Shown here: positions 1 through 11,021 of the stretch, in pieces
Layout: the number at the start of each line of letters is the position of its first letter
Numbering within the stretch: position 1 is the first letter of the stretch
Assembly: GCA_963828195.1 (NCBI GenBank)
Contig: CAWHDT010000005.1
Span: 192,001 to 256,000, forward strand
Source: Candidatus Bathyarchaeota archaeon
Lineage (GTDB): Archaea; Thermoproteota; Bathyarchaeia; Bathyarchaeales; Bathycorpusculaceae
Reading direction: 5' to 3'
DNA length: 64,000 nucleotides
The notes under the pieces: generated by a model
Databases searched by the model: none
Told to the model about the DNA's origin: nothing
What the model saw: the letters and a program-made list of their open reading frames with translations, nothing else
Position numbers and translations under genes: made by a program

Positions 1-183
1 GTAAAATTAGACGTCACAGCACATGGCTTAGGAATTTTGGAGACTTCGCGCAGAGGAACTTTGACTTATCTCACAGGCAAAATAGCCAGCCTAAGTGCTG
101 AGGACAAGGAAGTCATTGTCAAAGCCATGAAAGCTATGCGCTCGGTTTTCGCAAGCGGCGCACAGACACAGGTGGGGAAGTGA
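1..183 (+). CDS. 3' end of probable MarR-family transcriptional regulator (partial)
   Basis: Frame 1 reads VKLDVTAHGLGILETSRRGTLTYLTGKIASLSAEDKEVIVKAMKAMR..* (TGA 181-183), resembling a MarR wing/C-terminal helices; directly upstream of a drug-type ABC operon. Confidence 0.6.
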   Translation, partial: VKLDVTAHGLGILETSRRGTLTYLTGKIASLSAEDKEVIVKAMKAMRSVFASGAQTQVGK

Positions 184-187
184 AATT

Positions 188-985
188 ATGTCCATCCTCG
201 TAACGGAACACCTTACGCGTCGTTTCAAAGAGTTAACAGCGGTTGATGACCTGTGCCTATCTGTGAATCAAGGCGAAATCTTCGGTCTCCTCGGACCCAA
301 CGGTGCAGGCAAATCAACAGTCATCAAAATGGTAACTACCCTCCTGCCCCCCACAACTGGAAGCGCAAAGGTCGGCGGCTTCGATGTACAGCATGAAGCA
401 AGCAAAATAAGGCGTCTCATTGGCTATGTGCCTCAAATTCTCTCGGCTGACGGCACAATCACAGGTCGAGAGAACCTCATGGTATTCGCTAAACTTTATG
501 ATATACCCAAAGGTGAGCGAGTAAAACGTATTGCAGATTCGTTGCAGTTCATGGGGCTTTCTGACGCTTCTGATAAGATGGTAAAGAATTATTCCGGCGG
601 CATGATTCGACGCTTAGAGATAGCGCAGTCTATGCTGCATCTTCCCAAAATACTGTTTTTAGATGAACCTACAATCGGGCTCGATCCAGTTGGCCGCAAA
701 GCGGTATGGGATCACATCCAGAAACTGCAAGCAGATTACGGAATGACGATTTTTGTTACCACTCATTACATGGAAGAAGCAGACAAGCTGTGCTCAAGAG
801 TTGCAATTATGCATCTGGGCAAGCTGGCGGTCATAGGTGAACCTGACCGTTTAAAAGCTTCGCTAAATATCGAAGACGCCACGCTTGAAGATGTTTTTAC
901 GAAATACACTGGCGGCGCCCTTGACAGGGGCGACGGCTACCGCGAAGCATACTCTACAAGACAAACTGCAAAGAGGCTGGGCTAA
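188..985 (+). CDS. ABC transporter ATP-binding protein (DrrA/NodI-like)
   Basis: Walker A GPNGAGKS, signature YSGGM, Walker B LFLDEPT, H-loop TTHYMEEA. Confidence 0.95.
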   Translation: MSILVTEHLTRRFKELTAVDDLCLSVNQGEIFGLLGPNGAGKSTVIKMVTTLLPPTTGSAKVGGFDVQHEASKIRRLIGYVPQILSADGTITGRENLMVFAKLYDIPKGERVKRIADSLQFMGLSDASDKMVKNYSGGMIRRLEIAQSMLHLPKILFLDEPTIGLDPVGRKAVWDHIQKLQADYGMTIFVTTHYMEEADKLCSRVAIMHLGKLAVIGEPDRLKASLNIEDATLEDVFTKYTGGALDRGDGYREAYSTRQTAKRLG

Positions 986-988
986 AAC

Positions 989-1795
989 ATGATTTCCCAA
1001 CAAATGAAATCTGCCGCGACATCGGTTGCAAGCTTCTTTAACAAAACATGGAGCATAACGCAGATGGAAGTCAGCAAACTGCGCCATGACCCAACTGAAC
1101 TGCTGACCCGAGCGGTGCAGCCTGCTTTGTGGCTGCTAGTCTTCGGAGAAGTCTTCACAAGAGTACATGTGATCAGCACGGGCTCTTTGTCGTACCTTTC
1201 ATTCTTGGCGCCTGGGATTTTGGCTCAGAGTGTGCTATTCATAGCTATCTTCTACGGCATTGCGGTCATTTGGGAACGAGACCTCGGCATTATAAACAAG
1301 TTTCTGGTCAGCCCCACACCGAGGCAAGCGCTGGTTCTAGGCAAAGGGCTGTCCGCTGGAATCAGGGCGCTCTCCCAAGTTGCAATCATCTATCTTCTGG
1401 CCCTGCTGATCGGCGTTGGCATAAACTGGAGCCCCATAAACCTAGCGTTAGTCCTGGTTGTTGCGATGTTGGCTTCGGCACTGTTCTCGACGTTTTCGCT
1501 AATCATAGCTTGCCTCGTTAAGACGCGGGAACGTTTTATGGGGATAGGGCAAATCTTAACCATGCCCATGTTCTTCGCAAGCAACGCCATCTACCCGCTG
1601 TCAATGATGCCAAGCTGGCTGCAAATAATTGCACGATTCAACCCGTTAACTTATGCAGTTGACGCCATGCGTGGACTTATGGTTACGGGTGGAGTAAGCA
1701 TCTATGGGGTCGGATTTGACATGCTTGTACTCTTCGCTGTCACAGCAGCGTTGGTGCTGATCGGAGCTAAACTGTACCCGCGGGTAGTCATCTAA
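989..1795 (+). CDS. ABC-2 type exporter permease (DrrB-like)
   Basis: About 6 TM segments, ERDLG and NPLTYAVDAMR motifs; 3 bp after the ATPase gene. Confidence 0.92.
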   Translation: MISQQMKSAATSVASFFNKTWSITQMEVSKLRHDPTELLTRAVQPALWLLVFGEVFTRVHVISTGSLSYLSFLAPGILAQSVLFIAIFYGIAVIWERDLGIINKFLVSPTPRQALVLGKGLSAGIRALSQVAIIYLLALLIGVGINWSPINLALVLVVAMLASALFSTFSLIIACLVKTRERFMGIGQILTMPMFFASNAIYPLSMMPSWLQIIARFNPLTYAVDAMRGLMVTGGVSIYGVGFDMLVLFAVTAALVLIGAKLYPRVVI

Positions 1796-1940
1796 ACCAA
1801 ACAGCCCTTCAAACAGCAAGCTGAACAGCTGCATTGGCGAAAATAAAGATTAACGAATAAGGAAAAAGCAAAAATTGAAAACCTAAAACAAGATTAAGAG
1901 GTTAATTGGTCTAGTTTTTTAGCTTAAGCTTTAGACCTGT

Positions 1941-2570
1941 TTATCTGCTAGTGGTTTGGCTTTGAAGAACACTGACTGTTCCGGTTTTTCCCAGCCGAAG
2001 TTGCCTCTCGCCTTTAAACGTGGATACTGAAGCGTTCTTAATCTGTACGGTGTCGCCTACATTAACAAAGTCTACCTGTTCATTCCAGAGGCAAAGCTTA
2101 ATTTTTCCGGTCTCATCCGCTATCCAAGCGTTAGTTACTTTGGCGCTGTTTCCGTACCGTGTTTGGACTGTTGCGGGCAGGGGCGTCTCAAGAACTTTAG
2201 CCTCCAAATTAACTTTTTTCATTCCGTGCCTCAGATCCTGCACCATAGTGGATTGTTTGGGCGATGTATTTTGCCTATTCATTTGTCGGCGAATTTTGTC
2301 GGTGTCCATCCAGTTTTCAAAGCAAATGTCTTTTCTTCGCAGAAATTCTTCAGCAACCCGAAACTGAGCGATTACTTTGGAGTCTTTTGTTATTAGAAAC
2401 ATGGCATCGTCTTTTAGGCTGCAACGGTATTCAACCACTAGATTTTGGCAAGCGGTTTTTCCTTTTTCTCTTGCCCCAACAATAGCTTGATAAAGTTCTG
2501 AAAGGTAAATTCCTTGTTTTACGGAGAGAAAAGCAAGGTACTCCATTATCGTTGTCTTTTTTCTATTCAA
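1941..2570 (-). CDS. OB-fold single-stranded DNA-binding (SSB/RPA-like) protein with N-terminal extension
   Basis: C-terminal ADETGKIKLCLWNEQ...VGDTVQIKNA...FKGERQL is the typical archaeal SSB OB fold. Confidence 0.8.
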   Translation of the reverse strand: MNRKKTTIMEYLAFLSVKQGIYLSELYQAIVGAREKGKTACQNLVVEYRCSLKDDAMFLITKDSKVIAQFRVAEEFLRRKDICFENWMDTDKIRRQMNRQNTSPKQSTMVQDLRHGMKKVNLEAKVLETPLPATVQTRYGNSAKVTNAWIADETGKIKLCLWNEQVDFVNVGDTVQIKNASVSTFKGERQLRLGKTGTVSVLQSQTTSR

Positions 2571-2894
2571 ATTTTCCCCTTCTGATGTTGCTTGCCAGAA
2601 ATTGTCTCGAAAAAGTACAATCTTGCCCGCAGGTTTACTCTTTCTTCAATAATCCGACAATCAATATGTAATGCACATATACCTATATAGGCTTGTCACC
2701 CGCGAAAAGTCATTTCTTCCAGTAATTTCGATTTTCAAAATCTTCGACGCAGCCGAGGAACCTTAAGCACAATTTGCCATCACCACCACAGTTCACTCTG
2801 TTCGTAAAGGAGTTGCTCAACGAAACCTGACTAATCCTACTGTAGGTTTTTATTTGATGCTTCATTAGGCTAAACCAAATTGGAAGCGAATCTT

Positions 2895-3275
2895 ATGAAA
2901 ACTATTGCTCTTGTAGCACATGATAACAAGAAAAAGGATATGGTTGAGTGGTGTGACTTCAACAAGGGAACCTTATCGCGTTATTACCTGTACGCAACAG
3001 GAAGCACAGGCGAACAAATAATTGGCACAACCGGATTGCCCATAAATCTGCTGAAAAGCGGACCTTACGGGGGAGACATGGAAATTGGAGCTTTAATCGC
3101 CAACAAAAAACTGGACATACTAGTTTTCTTTTGGGATCCCTTGGAGTCACAGCCCCACGATGTAGATGTCAAGGCACTGCTCAGAATGGCCGTACTATAC
3201 AATATTCCAACTGCCTGCAACAGAGCAACAGCAGACATGATTATCTCAAGCCCCCTCTTCAACAGCCAGCAATAA
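2895..3275 (+). CDS. mgsA: methylglyoxal synthase
   Basis: IALVAHDNKK, ATGSTG, SGPYGGD, FFWDPL, QPHDVDVKALLR motifs; ATG at 2895 preferred over the TTG at 2880. Confidence 0.93.
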   Translation: MKTIALVAHDNKKKDMVEWCDFNKGTLSRYYLYATGSTGEQIIGTTGLPINLLKSGPYGGDMEIGALIANKKLDILVFFWDPLESQPHDVDVKALLRMAVLYNIPTACNRATADMIISSPLFNSQQ

Positions 3276-3442
3276 AATGGCTTGAACAAGAAACCCACAG
3301 GTCCATTCTTCGGGAGCCTACCCTTAATGATGGCTCTAATTTTTGCAGGTTGCTCTTTTTGACCAATGCTACGGCTATTAAAGCGCTTAGTTGTCTATTG
3401 AAAATAATTTTTTAAAATGAAAAAAGAAAAGAAGGGGAGATT

Positions 3443-4228
3443 TTATTTTTTTGCTTTTTTGGTGTATGTGTATGTTCCGAAAGCTACTGCGACCAGCATA
3501 ACTGATGCGATGATTGCTGTTGCTGACGAGAATTCATTTACTGTTGTTGTTGGTGTTGGGCTTGTTGACGGTAATGTTACGCTGCTGCCTGTTGGGATGA
3601 AATATGCTTGTAGTGCGCATGTGCTTGCGCTGACGTTGTAGTCGATTGTGCTTGTGGTGCTGATGCATGAGCCTGCTGCGGCGGAAACCATCCAATATAG
3701 GAAGGTAAAGCCTGTGCCTGGGGTTGCTACGAAGTCATCAGCTGTGCCGATTGTGTAATTAGTGTAGCTGCCTGATGATGGATTGGTTGTTCCGCCTAGT
3801 GAAGTTAAGACGTCGATAGTGGATGTTCCTGAGGTGGCTACTGGTGTGACGTTGCTTGCTGGTGTGAACATTGCCTCTATCGCGCAGCTACTTGATGTTA
3901 AAGTAACTACAAGTGGGTTAGTGGTGTATGTGACTGCGCCTGTAGATGCAGCGTACTCAAAGCATAGGAAATTAAAGCCAGTGCCGGCTACCGCTTCGAA
4001 GGAAACAGCTGTTCCGTTGGCATAAGAGGCTGAGGCTCCGCCCGTGAGAGTTGTTCCGTTACCAGTGATGCTTCCGCCTAGTGATGTGTAAACGTACACT
4101 GAGTCTGTTGTTTGTGCTTTCACGTATGCGATATTCGGACATGTGGCAACAACCAAGATTGCTGCCGTCAATAGAATCAAAGCAAAAACTTTAAAGTTCT
4201 TTGAAGTTTTACTCATTGAATTCACCAA
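3443..4228 (-). CDS. secreted/surface protein with two divergent beta-repeat domains and a PEF-CTERM-like anchor
   Basis: Signal peptide, two related units (VYTSLGG..GTGFNFLCF / VLTSLGG..GTGFTFLYW), Thr/Pro linker, VNEF + TM + KKAKK. Confidence 0.75.
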   Translation of the reverse strand: MVNSMSKTSKNFKVFALILLTAAILVVATCPNIAYVKAQTTDSVYVYTSLGGSITGNGTTLTGGASASYANGTAVSFEAVAGTGFNFLCFEYAASTGAVTYTTNPLVVTLTSSSCAIEAMFTPASNVTPVATSGTSTIDVLTSLGGTTNPSSGSYTNYTIGTADDFVATPGTGFTFLYWMVSAAAGSCISTTSTIDYNVSASTCALQAYFIPTGSSVTLPSTSPTPTTTVNEFSSATAIIASVMLVAVAFGTYTYTKKAKK

Positions 4229-5097
4229 TTTTTTGCTTTTATTTAATGGTCAAATCGTTAATAAGCTTTTCCAAGCGCTTTTTTGCCTGCTCCTTGAAGA
4301 AAATCGTTTAAACCTGCTTTTGAAATCAGTTTTGAATATGGCTTATTTTTTCAGAGATTTGAATAAAATTTTTCGGTTGAAAGTTGGCTCGAACATTCAA
4401 AACATCATCCATCGCTTTCATCGACTCACAGTATATTTTCTGCTAAAAATCAAAGCCCCGATAATTTTAATAAATAATCAAGAAAAAACGCCATAAATCA
4501 CAAAACTGGGGCAAACTTCTATATGTTAGCTATTAAACTTTAACTAGCGAGATCAGATATGAACCCTGAAAATTATAAATCAAAGAGGAAAACTCAGCCC
4601 AAACGGAATAGGGTCGCAACTCGTTCTAAAAGTCAAGAGCTTGCCAAAGCTAAAGTGCTTAATACTTCTCCAAAACTACGTGAAATCTACGCCACAAAAA
4701 CCGAATGGGCGATAAAGACAATGCCCAAATTAAAAGAGTAGAAAAGCCCAAGAAAATCCATCATTGGCGTTTAACCTAATTCCAAAAACAAAATTTAGAA
4801 ACAAACACATTTTTTCAAGTTTAACTTTCAGACTGAAATTCACCAAAAATAGATATCTGATGGAAACTCCATAATTTTTGCAGCGGTGTCTTAACTGAAA
4901 TGAAGGGCAATTGAGGGACGCCGAAGGAATTGGCTGGTTAATTGCGTCTGCTGCGTGAAAAATCAGGTGTTTCGGTTTTTTCTTATGATAACCCTTAAGT
5001 GGCATGGTGCCTATATAGTTGTACCCAAGTTTGCAATCACCTGTCCAAATAATTTTTGGTTCATGTGAGCGGCTAAATTTGGGTGGGTGGGGAATAG

Positions 5098-5349
5098 TTG
5101 AAAATATTTGAGGCAATGGTGTTTAAGAGGGCAATTGGGGCAAGCTGTAGTTTAAACGTAGAGATGCTGGATACTATAAATGACGGCATTGTTTTAAGCA
5201 TAGATGAAAACTTGGTTAGCCGCAACGAACTTGCGTTTATAACCGATTTTGTTCAACAACATAAACTAAGTTTGCTTTTAGACAGCGAGCGCTACTTCAT
5301 TTCTTCAAGTGCCCTGAGTCCGTCCAGCGCATCTATGTGGGAAAGCTAA
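5098..5349 (+). CDS. small hypothetical protein
   Basis: 83-aa ORF preceded by a G-rich RBS-like sequence; no recognised motif. Confidence 0.55.
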   Translation: MKIFEAMVFKRAIGASCSLNVEMLDTINDGIVLSIDENLVSRNELAFITDFVQQHKLSLLLDSERYFISSSALSPSSASMWES

Positions 5350-5357
5350 TACATAGT

Positions 5358-6098
5358 TTAATTGCGTCCGGAGTTTCGCTGCGCAGAAGCTTTCTGTAAT
5401 ACAAGAATAATTGTGGGCGTCTGGGCGCAGCCTGTGGCTTTTAAACGTTTAACTTCGCACAGAGCGAATTTTTTGCCGACGATCTGTTTGACGCGTTCCA
5501 CGGTAAAATAGTTTTTATGGTCGTCGTAAAGTAAGCTTCCTATTCCCTCGGGAGTTTCTATTATCAAATGACCATTAGCCCTAATTAGTCTGTAAGCATC
5601 ATCAAAGAAATTATTGGGATTCCACAGATGCTCCAGCACCTCAGAGGCGATAACTACGTCGAAACTGTTGGTGGCAAAAGCTAAATGCTCAGCGTCGTTA
5701 GCCACAACCGAGGGGGCTCCACAATTCTGAGCTAACGCGGCAATTGTCGGCAGCTCTACAGAAACAACGTAATTGCCCATTTTCTCCAAAGGTTTACCGA
5801 TAACGCCCTCGCCGCACCCCACATCTAAAATCGTCAAATTCGTGCCTAAACGGCTAAAAATATCGGAGAAAATTTGCAGCCGAGCTGTGTTCAGGGCGCT
5901 TCCGCGCATGAACTCGGGAGAAGCCTGCATCAGGGTTATGTGTCTTGAGCAGCCGTATTTCTGCCACTCCACCCAATCCTGTTTACTTCGATATCTCCGC
6001 CTATAGACCGTTTCTCTCATAATCAGCCGTTGAAGCTGCCGGGGATGCGACACCAAATATGGAAACCCTTGAACCCGACTTTTCACCATCTTTAACAT
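5358..6098 (-). CDS. class I SAM-dependent methyltransferase
   Basis: ILDVGCGEG motif I, FDVVIASEVLEHL. Confidence 0.88.
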   Translation of the reverse strand: MLKMVKSRVQGFPYLVSHPRQLQRLIMRETVYRRRYRSKQDWVEWQKYGCSRHITLMQASPEFMRGSALNTARLQIFSDIFSRLGTNLTILDVGCGEGVIGKPLEKMGNYVVSVELPTIAALAQNCGAPSVVANDAEHLAFATNSFDVVIASEVLEHLWNPNNFFDDAYRLIRANGHLIIETPEGIGSLLYDDHKNYFTVERVKQIVGKKFALCEVKRLKATGCAQTPTIILVLQKASAQRNSGRN

Positions 6099-6426
6099 AG
6101 GCTTCCATATCCCCTCTGCGTAGCAATTAAGGAGTTATCTTCAAAGATATTTTGGCTCCCCATTTTTCAACCTTATTTATAGATTCAAGCGAGTTTGATT
6201 TAAATCTTCTTTCCTTTGAAATAAATGAAAAATGAGTTCAGACTTTGGTGTTTTATTTCCTTTTTTAACATGATCGACGCTAATGCGTCGCAAGAAAATG
6301 CATTTCGCTGTAAAGTTTTATGTTTCGGGTGTTCTCAGAAAAGTATTTCTTTGGGTTTTATCCCATAACTTGGTTCATATGGATGGTAAGATAGCCTTTT
6401 CCTAATGGGGTCTGTGAGCAGCAAAA

Positions 6427-7881
6427 ATGCGTGTTTGTTTGATTAATCCTCCTCGTATCCAACCGAAATCGTGGGGAAAACCCAATGTTTTTCAACCCTT
6501 AGATTTAGCATACGTGGCGGCGCTGCTTGAAAAAGAGCATCAAGTAATCATTATAGATGCACCTACTGAGGGCCGAGGGAATCTTGAGGACGTTGGCGGA
6601 ACTAAATATCGGGTGGGGCTGTCAAATGAAGAAATAGCAAATAGGATTAGACAGTTCTCGCCTGACTTGGTTGAAATTCATATTCCGTTCTCTGGATGGT
6701 GCCAACCAGCGTATGAAGTCGCTTCAACGACTAAAGGCATCAACAAAGACACCGTTACCGTGCTTAGCGGGCTACATCCAACTTCAAGACCTGAAGATTC
6801 CCTAAAGCAACCAAACGTCGATTTTGTTGTAATGGGCGAAGCAGAACAAACCATGCAAGAGTTAACCGACATATGCGAACAGAAAACAAGTAAGAACCTT
6901 GATAAAGTAAAAGGAATTGGCTACCTAAAAAATGGAAAAACAGTTATCAATCCTCCAAGACCGCCGCTTGAAAATCTCGATTCCTTACCTTTTCCCGCAA
7001 GACACCTGCTTCCGATGGAAGAATACTTTGCCGCAGTAAAAGAAAATCCGCTTGGAGGAGAAATACACAAACCATGGGCAATGATGGTGACCAGTAGAGG
7101 CTGCCCGTACAACTGCGTTTTTTGTTCGATTCATGTTGTTATGGGAAGAAAGTGGCGTGGCAGAAGCCCCGAGAACGTTGTTGCAGAGATAGAGCAGCTG
7201 GTTCAGACTTATCATGTCAAACAAATCGACTTCTTAGATGACAACATGACGCTGAACAAGAAACGTATGGAGACCATCTGTGACTTAATCGTGAAAAAAC
7301 GCTTAGACATCGAATGGTTCACCCCAAACGGCGTAAGAGCGGACACCCTTGACGAAAATCTTTTAAAGAAAATGAAGGCGTCTGGCTGCAGGAAAATAAA
7401 AGTGGCTCCTGAATCGGGGGTTCAACGCGTCGTGGATCAAATTATCAAAAAGGACCTGAATCTAGAAGCGGTGGAGAACGCCGTGGTTTTATCAAAAAAA
7501 TTAGGCATCAAAGTAGGCTGCTTCTTCATTATAGGTCTAATAGGTGAAACAAAAGAAGACATAAAAACGACTATAAAATACGCTTATAAGCTGAGACGAT
7601 TGGGAGCAGACAGTTTCTATTTTAGCTATGCCACACCCGTATATGGAACCGAACTCTATGAACAGGCTAAGAACGGCGGCTTCTTAAGAGACTGCTTCAG
7701 CGACGAAGTTTTAGCTGCCGCAGAACCGCTCATTGAAACTCCCGAGTTCACGGCAAACGATCTGCGGGAATTATGTGCTCAAGCCATTTTGGTAAACCCA
7801 ACTTTTACTCGTGACAAAATTATAAAGGCAATTCGTGATCCAAAAAAAGCAATAAAAGTTTTAGTTGGAAAAGTAGGTTAA
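6427..7881 (+). CDS. B12-binding domain radical SAM protein
   Basis: N-terminal cobalamin-binding region (PLDLAYVAA..SGLHPT..GEAE), TSRGCPYNCVFC, ESG. Confidence 0.93.
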   Translation: MRVCLINPPRIQPKSWGKPNVFQPLDLAYVAALLEKEHQVIIIDAPTEGRGNLEDVGGTKYRVGLSNEEIANRIRQFSPDLVEIHIPFSGWCQPAYEVASTTKGINKDTVTVLSGLHPTSRPEDSLKQPNVDFVVMGEAEQTMQELTDICEQKTSKNLDKVKGIGYLKNGKTVINPPRPPLENLDSLPFPARHLLPMEEYFAAVKENPLGGEIHKPWAMMVTSRGCPYNCVFCSIHVVMGRKWRGRSPENVVAEIEQLVQTYHVKQIDFLDDNMTLNKKRMETICDLIVKKRLDIEWFTPNGVRADTLDENLLKKMKASGCRKIKVAPESGVQRVVDQIIKKDLNLEAVENAVVLSKKLGIKVGCFFIIGLIGETKEDIKTTIKYAYKLRRLGADSFYFSYATPVYGTELYEQAKNGGFLRDCFSDEVLAAAEPLIETPEFTANDLRELCAQAILVNPTFTRDKIIKAIRDPKKAIKVLVGKVG

Positions 7882-8074
7882 CATAAAAACACTTACAAAA
7901 TTAAGCCTTCATCTATTCAGCATAGAGTGATTCTTTTGCATTTTTGAAATCATAAAAAGCTTGTTTCTCGAAATCTCTAAAGTCCTATAAGCAAGTTGCT
8001 TTGAGAAAGGGTTCTGTTGAGCAATGGCATTTATGCTCGTTGCTTAACAAAAAAATTAAGGAGAAAAAGAAAAA

Positions 8075-10849
8075 ATGCAAATTGCTAAAAACAGAATTGC
8101 AGCTATTGCGATTGCAGTATTTTTAACACTCTCAATGTCAGCTTCAATGATGTTTGTACCCTCTGTTAGCGCACACAGTCCGCCATGGAACCTTCCAACG
8201 TTCGCGTACATACAGGTCTCGCCTAACCCGATAGGTGTCGGTCAAACGGCGACTGTATACATGTTTCAAACCAACACTTATGACAATGCAGCTGTAGTAA
8301 ACAACTATAGATTCCAAAACTACGAGCTCATCATTACTGCACCTGACGGCACAACATCCTCAGTGAATTTTCCGTATATATCTGACCCAACATCAAACCA
8401 GGCTTACAGTTGGACACCTACCCAAGTCGGCACGTACAGCTTTAACTTTACTTTCCCAGGACAAACACTAACCACCAGCAATGACCTCTCAACCTCAGCG
8501 TACATCAATGATACTTACCTGCCCAGCTCCGCATTTTGCACATGCACCGTCCAGCAACAAACAATCCCGATATTAGGCAGCGCACCACTTCCAACCAGCT
8601 ACTGGACACGCCCAATATACGGGGAAAACACCAACTGGTACACGATTTCGTCAGACTGGCTCGGCTCAGGCTCAGCAGGCTACGGCGTCAACGCAGCAGG
8701 CTCCGATGTACCCCCAGGAGGAGCAGTGGGACCTCAAACTAGCCACATCATGTGGACCTACCCGATTGACATGGGCGGAGTTGTAGGAGGAAACAACTTT
8801 GTCACACCAGGAACCGCGTATTTCGAAGGGTCCGCATACAACGGCAGATTCACCAATCCAATAATAATCGACGGATTCCTATACTACACTGAACCAATAT
8901 CGTTCTCAGGCACCACTGCCGGACCAACTGTCTGCCAAAATCTGCAAACAGGACAAATCATTTGGAGCAGCACTCAAGTGCCCGCCTTATCCTTCGCCTA
9001 CGTCTATGACCTAAATGACCCAGACCAACACGGAGTTTACCCACCAATACTCTTTACATCTGGCTTTGCCCGAGCTTTTGATGCATACACGGGAGACCCA
9101 CTTTTCAACGTGACCGGCGTTCCAACAGGCACAGCAATTCCTGGTCCCTCAGGAGAACAGCTGAAACTCATATTGGCTAACGACGGCAACACTACCAACC
9201 CACAGATGTACCTAAGTGAATGGAACTCCTCCAGACTTTGGGAGACTTTTGAAAACCCATGGACCCTTGCAGCCGTCACTAACCCAACACTTTACAACGA
9301 CTCCACGAGTACTGGCGCTGTTTTAACCACTGGCCAATCACAAGAGGCAAACGTAACTCAGCCAGCGGTAGGCTCTTTCGCAGGAAATAGCAACGACCAA
9401 CCAGCTACCTACAACTACTTAGTCTACGCAAACGTCGTAAACTCGACTAGTCCACTGTACAGTTATGACTATAACATTTCGCTGTCTTGGGCTAACACTG
9501 TTACACCAGTACCAACGATAGTTGCAGCTTGGGAGGGCAACATGATGCTTTGCATAAGCGGCTCTTACCCAGCGTTAGACGGCTCACAAACACCCTACAC
9601 ATACTACGGCGTCAACCTTAACGCGTCTGTGGGTCCAATCGGCTCATTGCTATGGAGCAATACTGTTCAACCTGCACCAGGCAACGTCACTGTCAGCTAT
9701 TGTGGCCCAAGCAACGGCGATCCAACGTACGGTGTCTTCGTTGAATTCCACAAGGAAACCATGCAGTTTGTAGGATACAGCATGGCGACGGGAAAGCAAA
9801 TTTGGGGTCCAATCGGCAACTATTCAGATGACCAGCTGATGTACTATAACATCGGATACAACAGCGGCGGCGACGAATCAGGAGCTTCAGTTGCTTACGG
9901 CAATCTCTACTACGACGGATTCGGAGGAGTAATGTCCTGCTACAGTTTAGCAACAGGAAACCTACTGTGGACTTACGGCAACGGCGGCCCAGGCAACAGC
10001 ACCAGCAGCGGCGGCATGACATATCCCGATGGTTACTATCCAACATCCATATTCGCTATCGGCAACGGAATAGTATACACAACAACTACTGAGCACACAG
10101 TGGAAAACCCGATTTACAAGGGCGCATTGCAACGTGCAGTAAACGCAACAAATGGACAAGAAATCTGGACCTTAAGCGACGTCACATCTGAAGCAGGTTC
10201 ACCATCCGGAGCTCTAGCTACAGGCGCTATCGCAGACGGCTTTTCCGTAACCCTAAACGGCTATGACAACCAAATTTACTGCGTCGGCCAAGGACCAAGC
10301 GCCACAACGGTTTCAGCACCAGATGTAGCAGTACCGTTCGGAACCCCCGTACTAATCAAGGGCACAGTGATAGATGTATCCGCTGGCACACAGCAAACAG
10401 AGCAGAAAGGCGCATTTCCAAATGGAGTTCCAGTTGCATCTGACGCATGCGAAAGTGCATGGATGAGCTACGTTTACCAGCAGCAGCCAATCCCAACCGA
10501 CTTTACCGGTGTACAAGTGAACATAAACGTCATCGACTCGAACGGCAACTACAGAACCATAGGCACCGCAACAACTACTTCAGACGGCACCTACAGCCTC
10601 ACGTGGACGCCTGACATCGCCGGCAACTACACAGTGATCGCAAACTTCGCAGGAACCAACGCTTACTGGGGATCAACAGCCCAAAACGCTTTCACAGTAA
10701 TGCAGCCAGTGTCACCAACCGCCGCACCTACAGCATCACCCACATCTGCTGCAGACACGTACTTCGTTCCCGCAATCGCTGGACTATTCGTCTTAATCAT
10801 CATAGTCTTAGCTGTAGTCGTACTGCTGATGTTCAGAAAACGACCATAA
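8075..10849 (+). CDS. large secreted PQQ-type beta-propeller surface protein with C-terminal TM anchor
   Basis: Signal peptide, SPNPIGVGQ, repeated TG..(I/L)W propeller motifs, Ig-like C-terminal domain, TM + RKRP. Confidence 0.8.
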   Translation: MQIAKNRIAAIAIAVFLTLSMSASMMFVPSVSAHSPPWNLPTFAYIQVSPNPIGVGQTATVYMFQTNTYDNAAVVNNYRFQNYELIITAPDGTTSSVNFPYISDPTSNQAYSWTPTQVGTYSFNFTFPGQTLTTSNDLSTSAYINDTYLPSSAFCTCTVQQQTIPILGSAPLPTSYWTRPIYGENTNWYTISSDWLGSGSAGYGVNAAGSDVPPGGAVGPQTSHIMWTYPIDMGGVVGGNNFVTPGTAYFEGSAYNGRFTNPIIIDGFLYYTEPISFSGTTAGPTVCQNLQTGQIIWSSTQVPALSFAYVYDLNDPDQHGVYPPILFTSGFARAFDAYTGDPLFNVTGVPTGTAIPGPSGEQLKLILANDGNTTNPQMYLSEWNSSRLWETFENPWTLAAVTNPTLYNDSTSTGAVLTTGQSQEANVTQPAVGSFAGNSNDQPATYNYLVYANVVNSTSPLYSYDYNISLSWANTVTPVPTIVAAWEGNMMLCISGSYPALDGSQTPYTYYGVNLNASVGPIGSLLWSNTVQPAPGNVTVSYCGPSNGDPTYGVFVEFHKETMQFVGYSMATGKQIWGPIGNYSDDQLMYYNIGYNSGGDESGASVAYGNLYYDGFGGVMSCYSLATGNLLWTYGNGGPGNSTSSGGMTYPDGYYPTSIFAIGNGIVYTTTTEHTVENPIYKGALQRAVNATNGQEIWTLSDVTSEAGSPSGALATGAIADGFSVTLNGYDNQIYCVGQGPSATTVSAPDVAVPFGTPVLIKGTVIDVSAGTQQTEQKGAFPNGVPVASDACESAWMSYVYQQQPIPTDFTGVQVNINVIDSNGNYRTIGTATTTSDGTYSLTWTPDIAGNYTVIANFAGTNAYWGSTAQNAFTVMQPVSPTAAPTASPTSAADTYFVPAIAGLFVLIIIVLAVVVLLMFRKRP

Positions 10850-11021
10850 AAGCGCGCAACCAAAAATCCATATTTCCCTTTTTTATTTTTTAAATAATAG
10901 ATGTTCATCAAAGTAAATTCTGCACTTTCTAAATGAAACAGGTGTTTTTGCAGGTTGAATAGCCCAGGTGGCTGTTGACTCTATGGTAAATGTTTAAAGC
11001 TTGATTGACAGATAGGATTCG

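Noticed and set aside
4143-5116. ORFs 4143-4496, 4559-4741 and 4730-5116
   Set aside because: AT-rich intergenic sequence with no recognisable protein features. 4559-4741 could be a real basic peptide, but I cannot support it.
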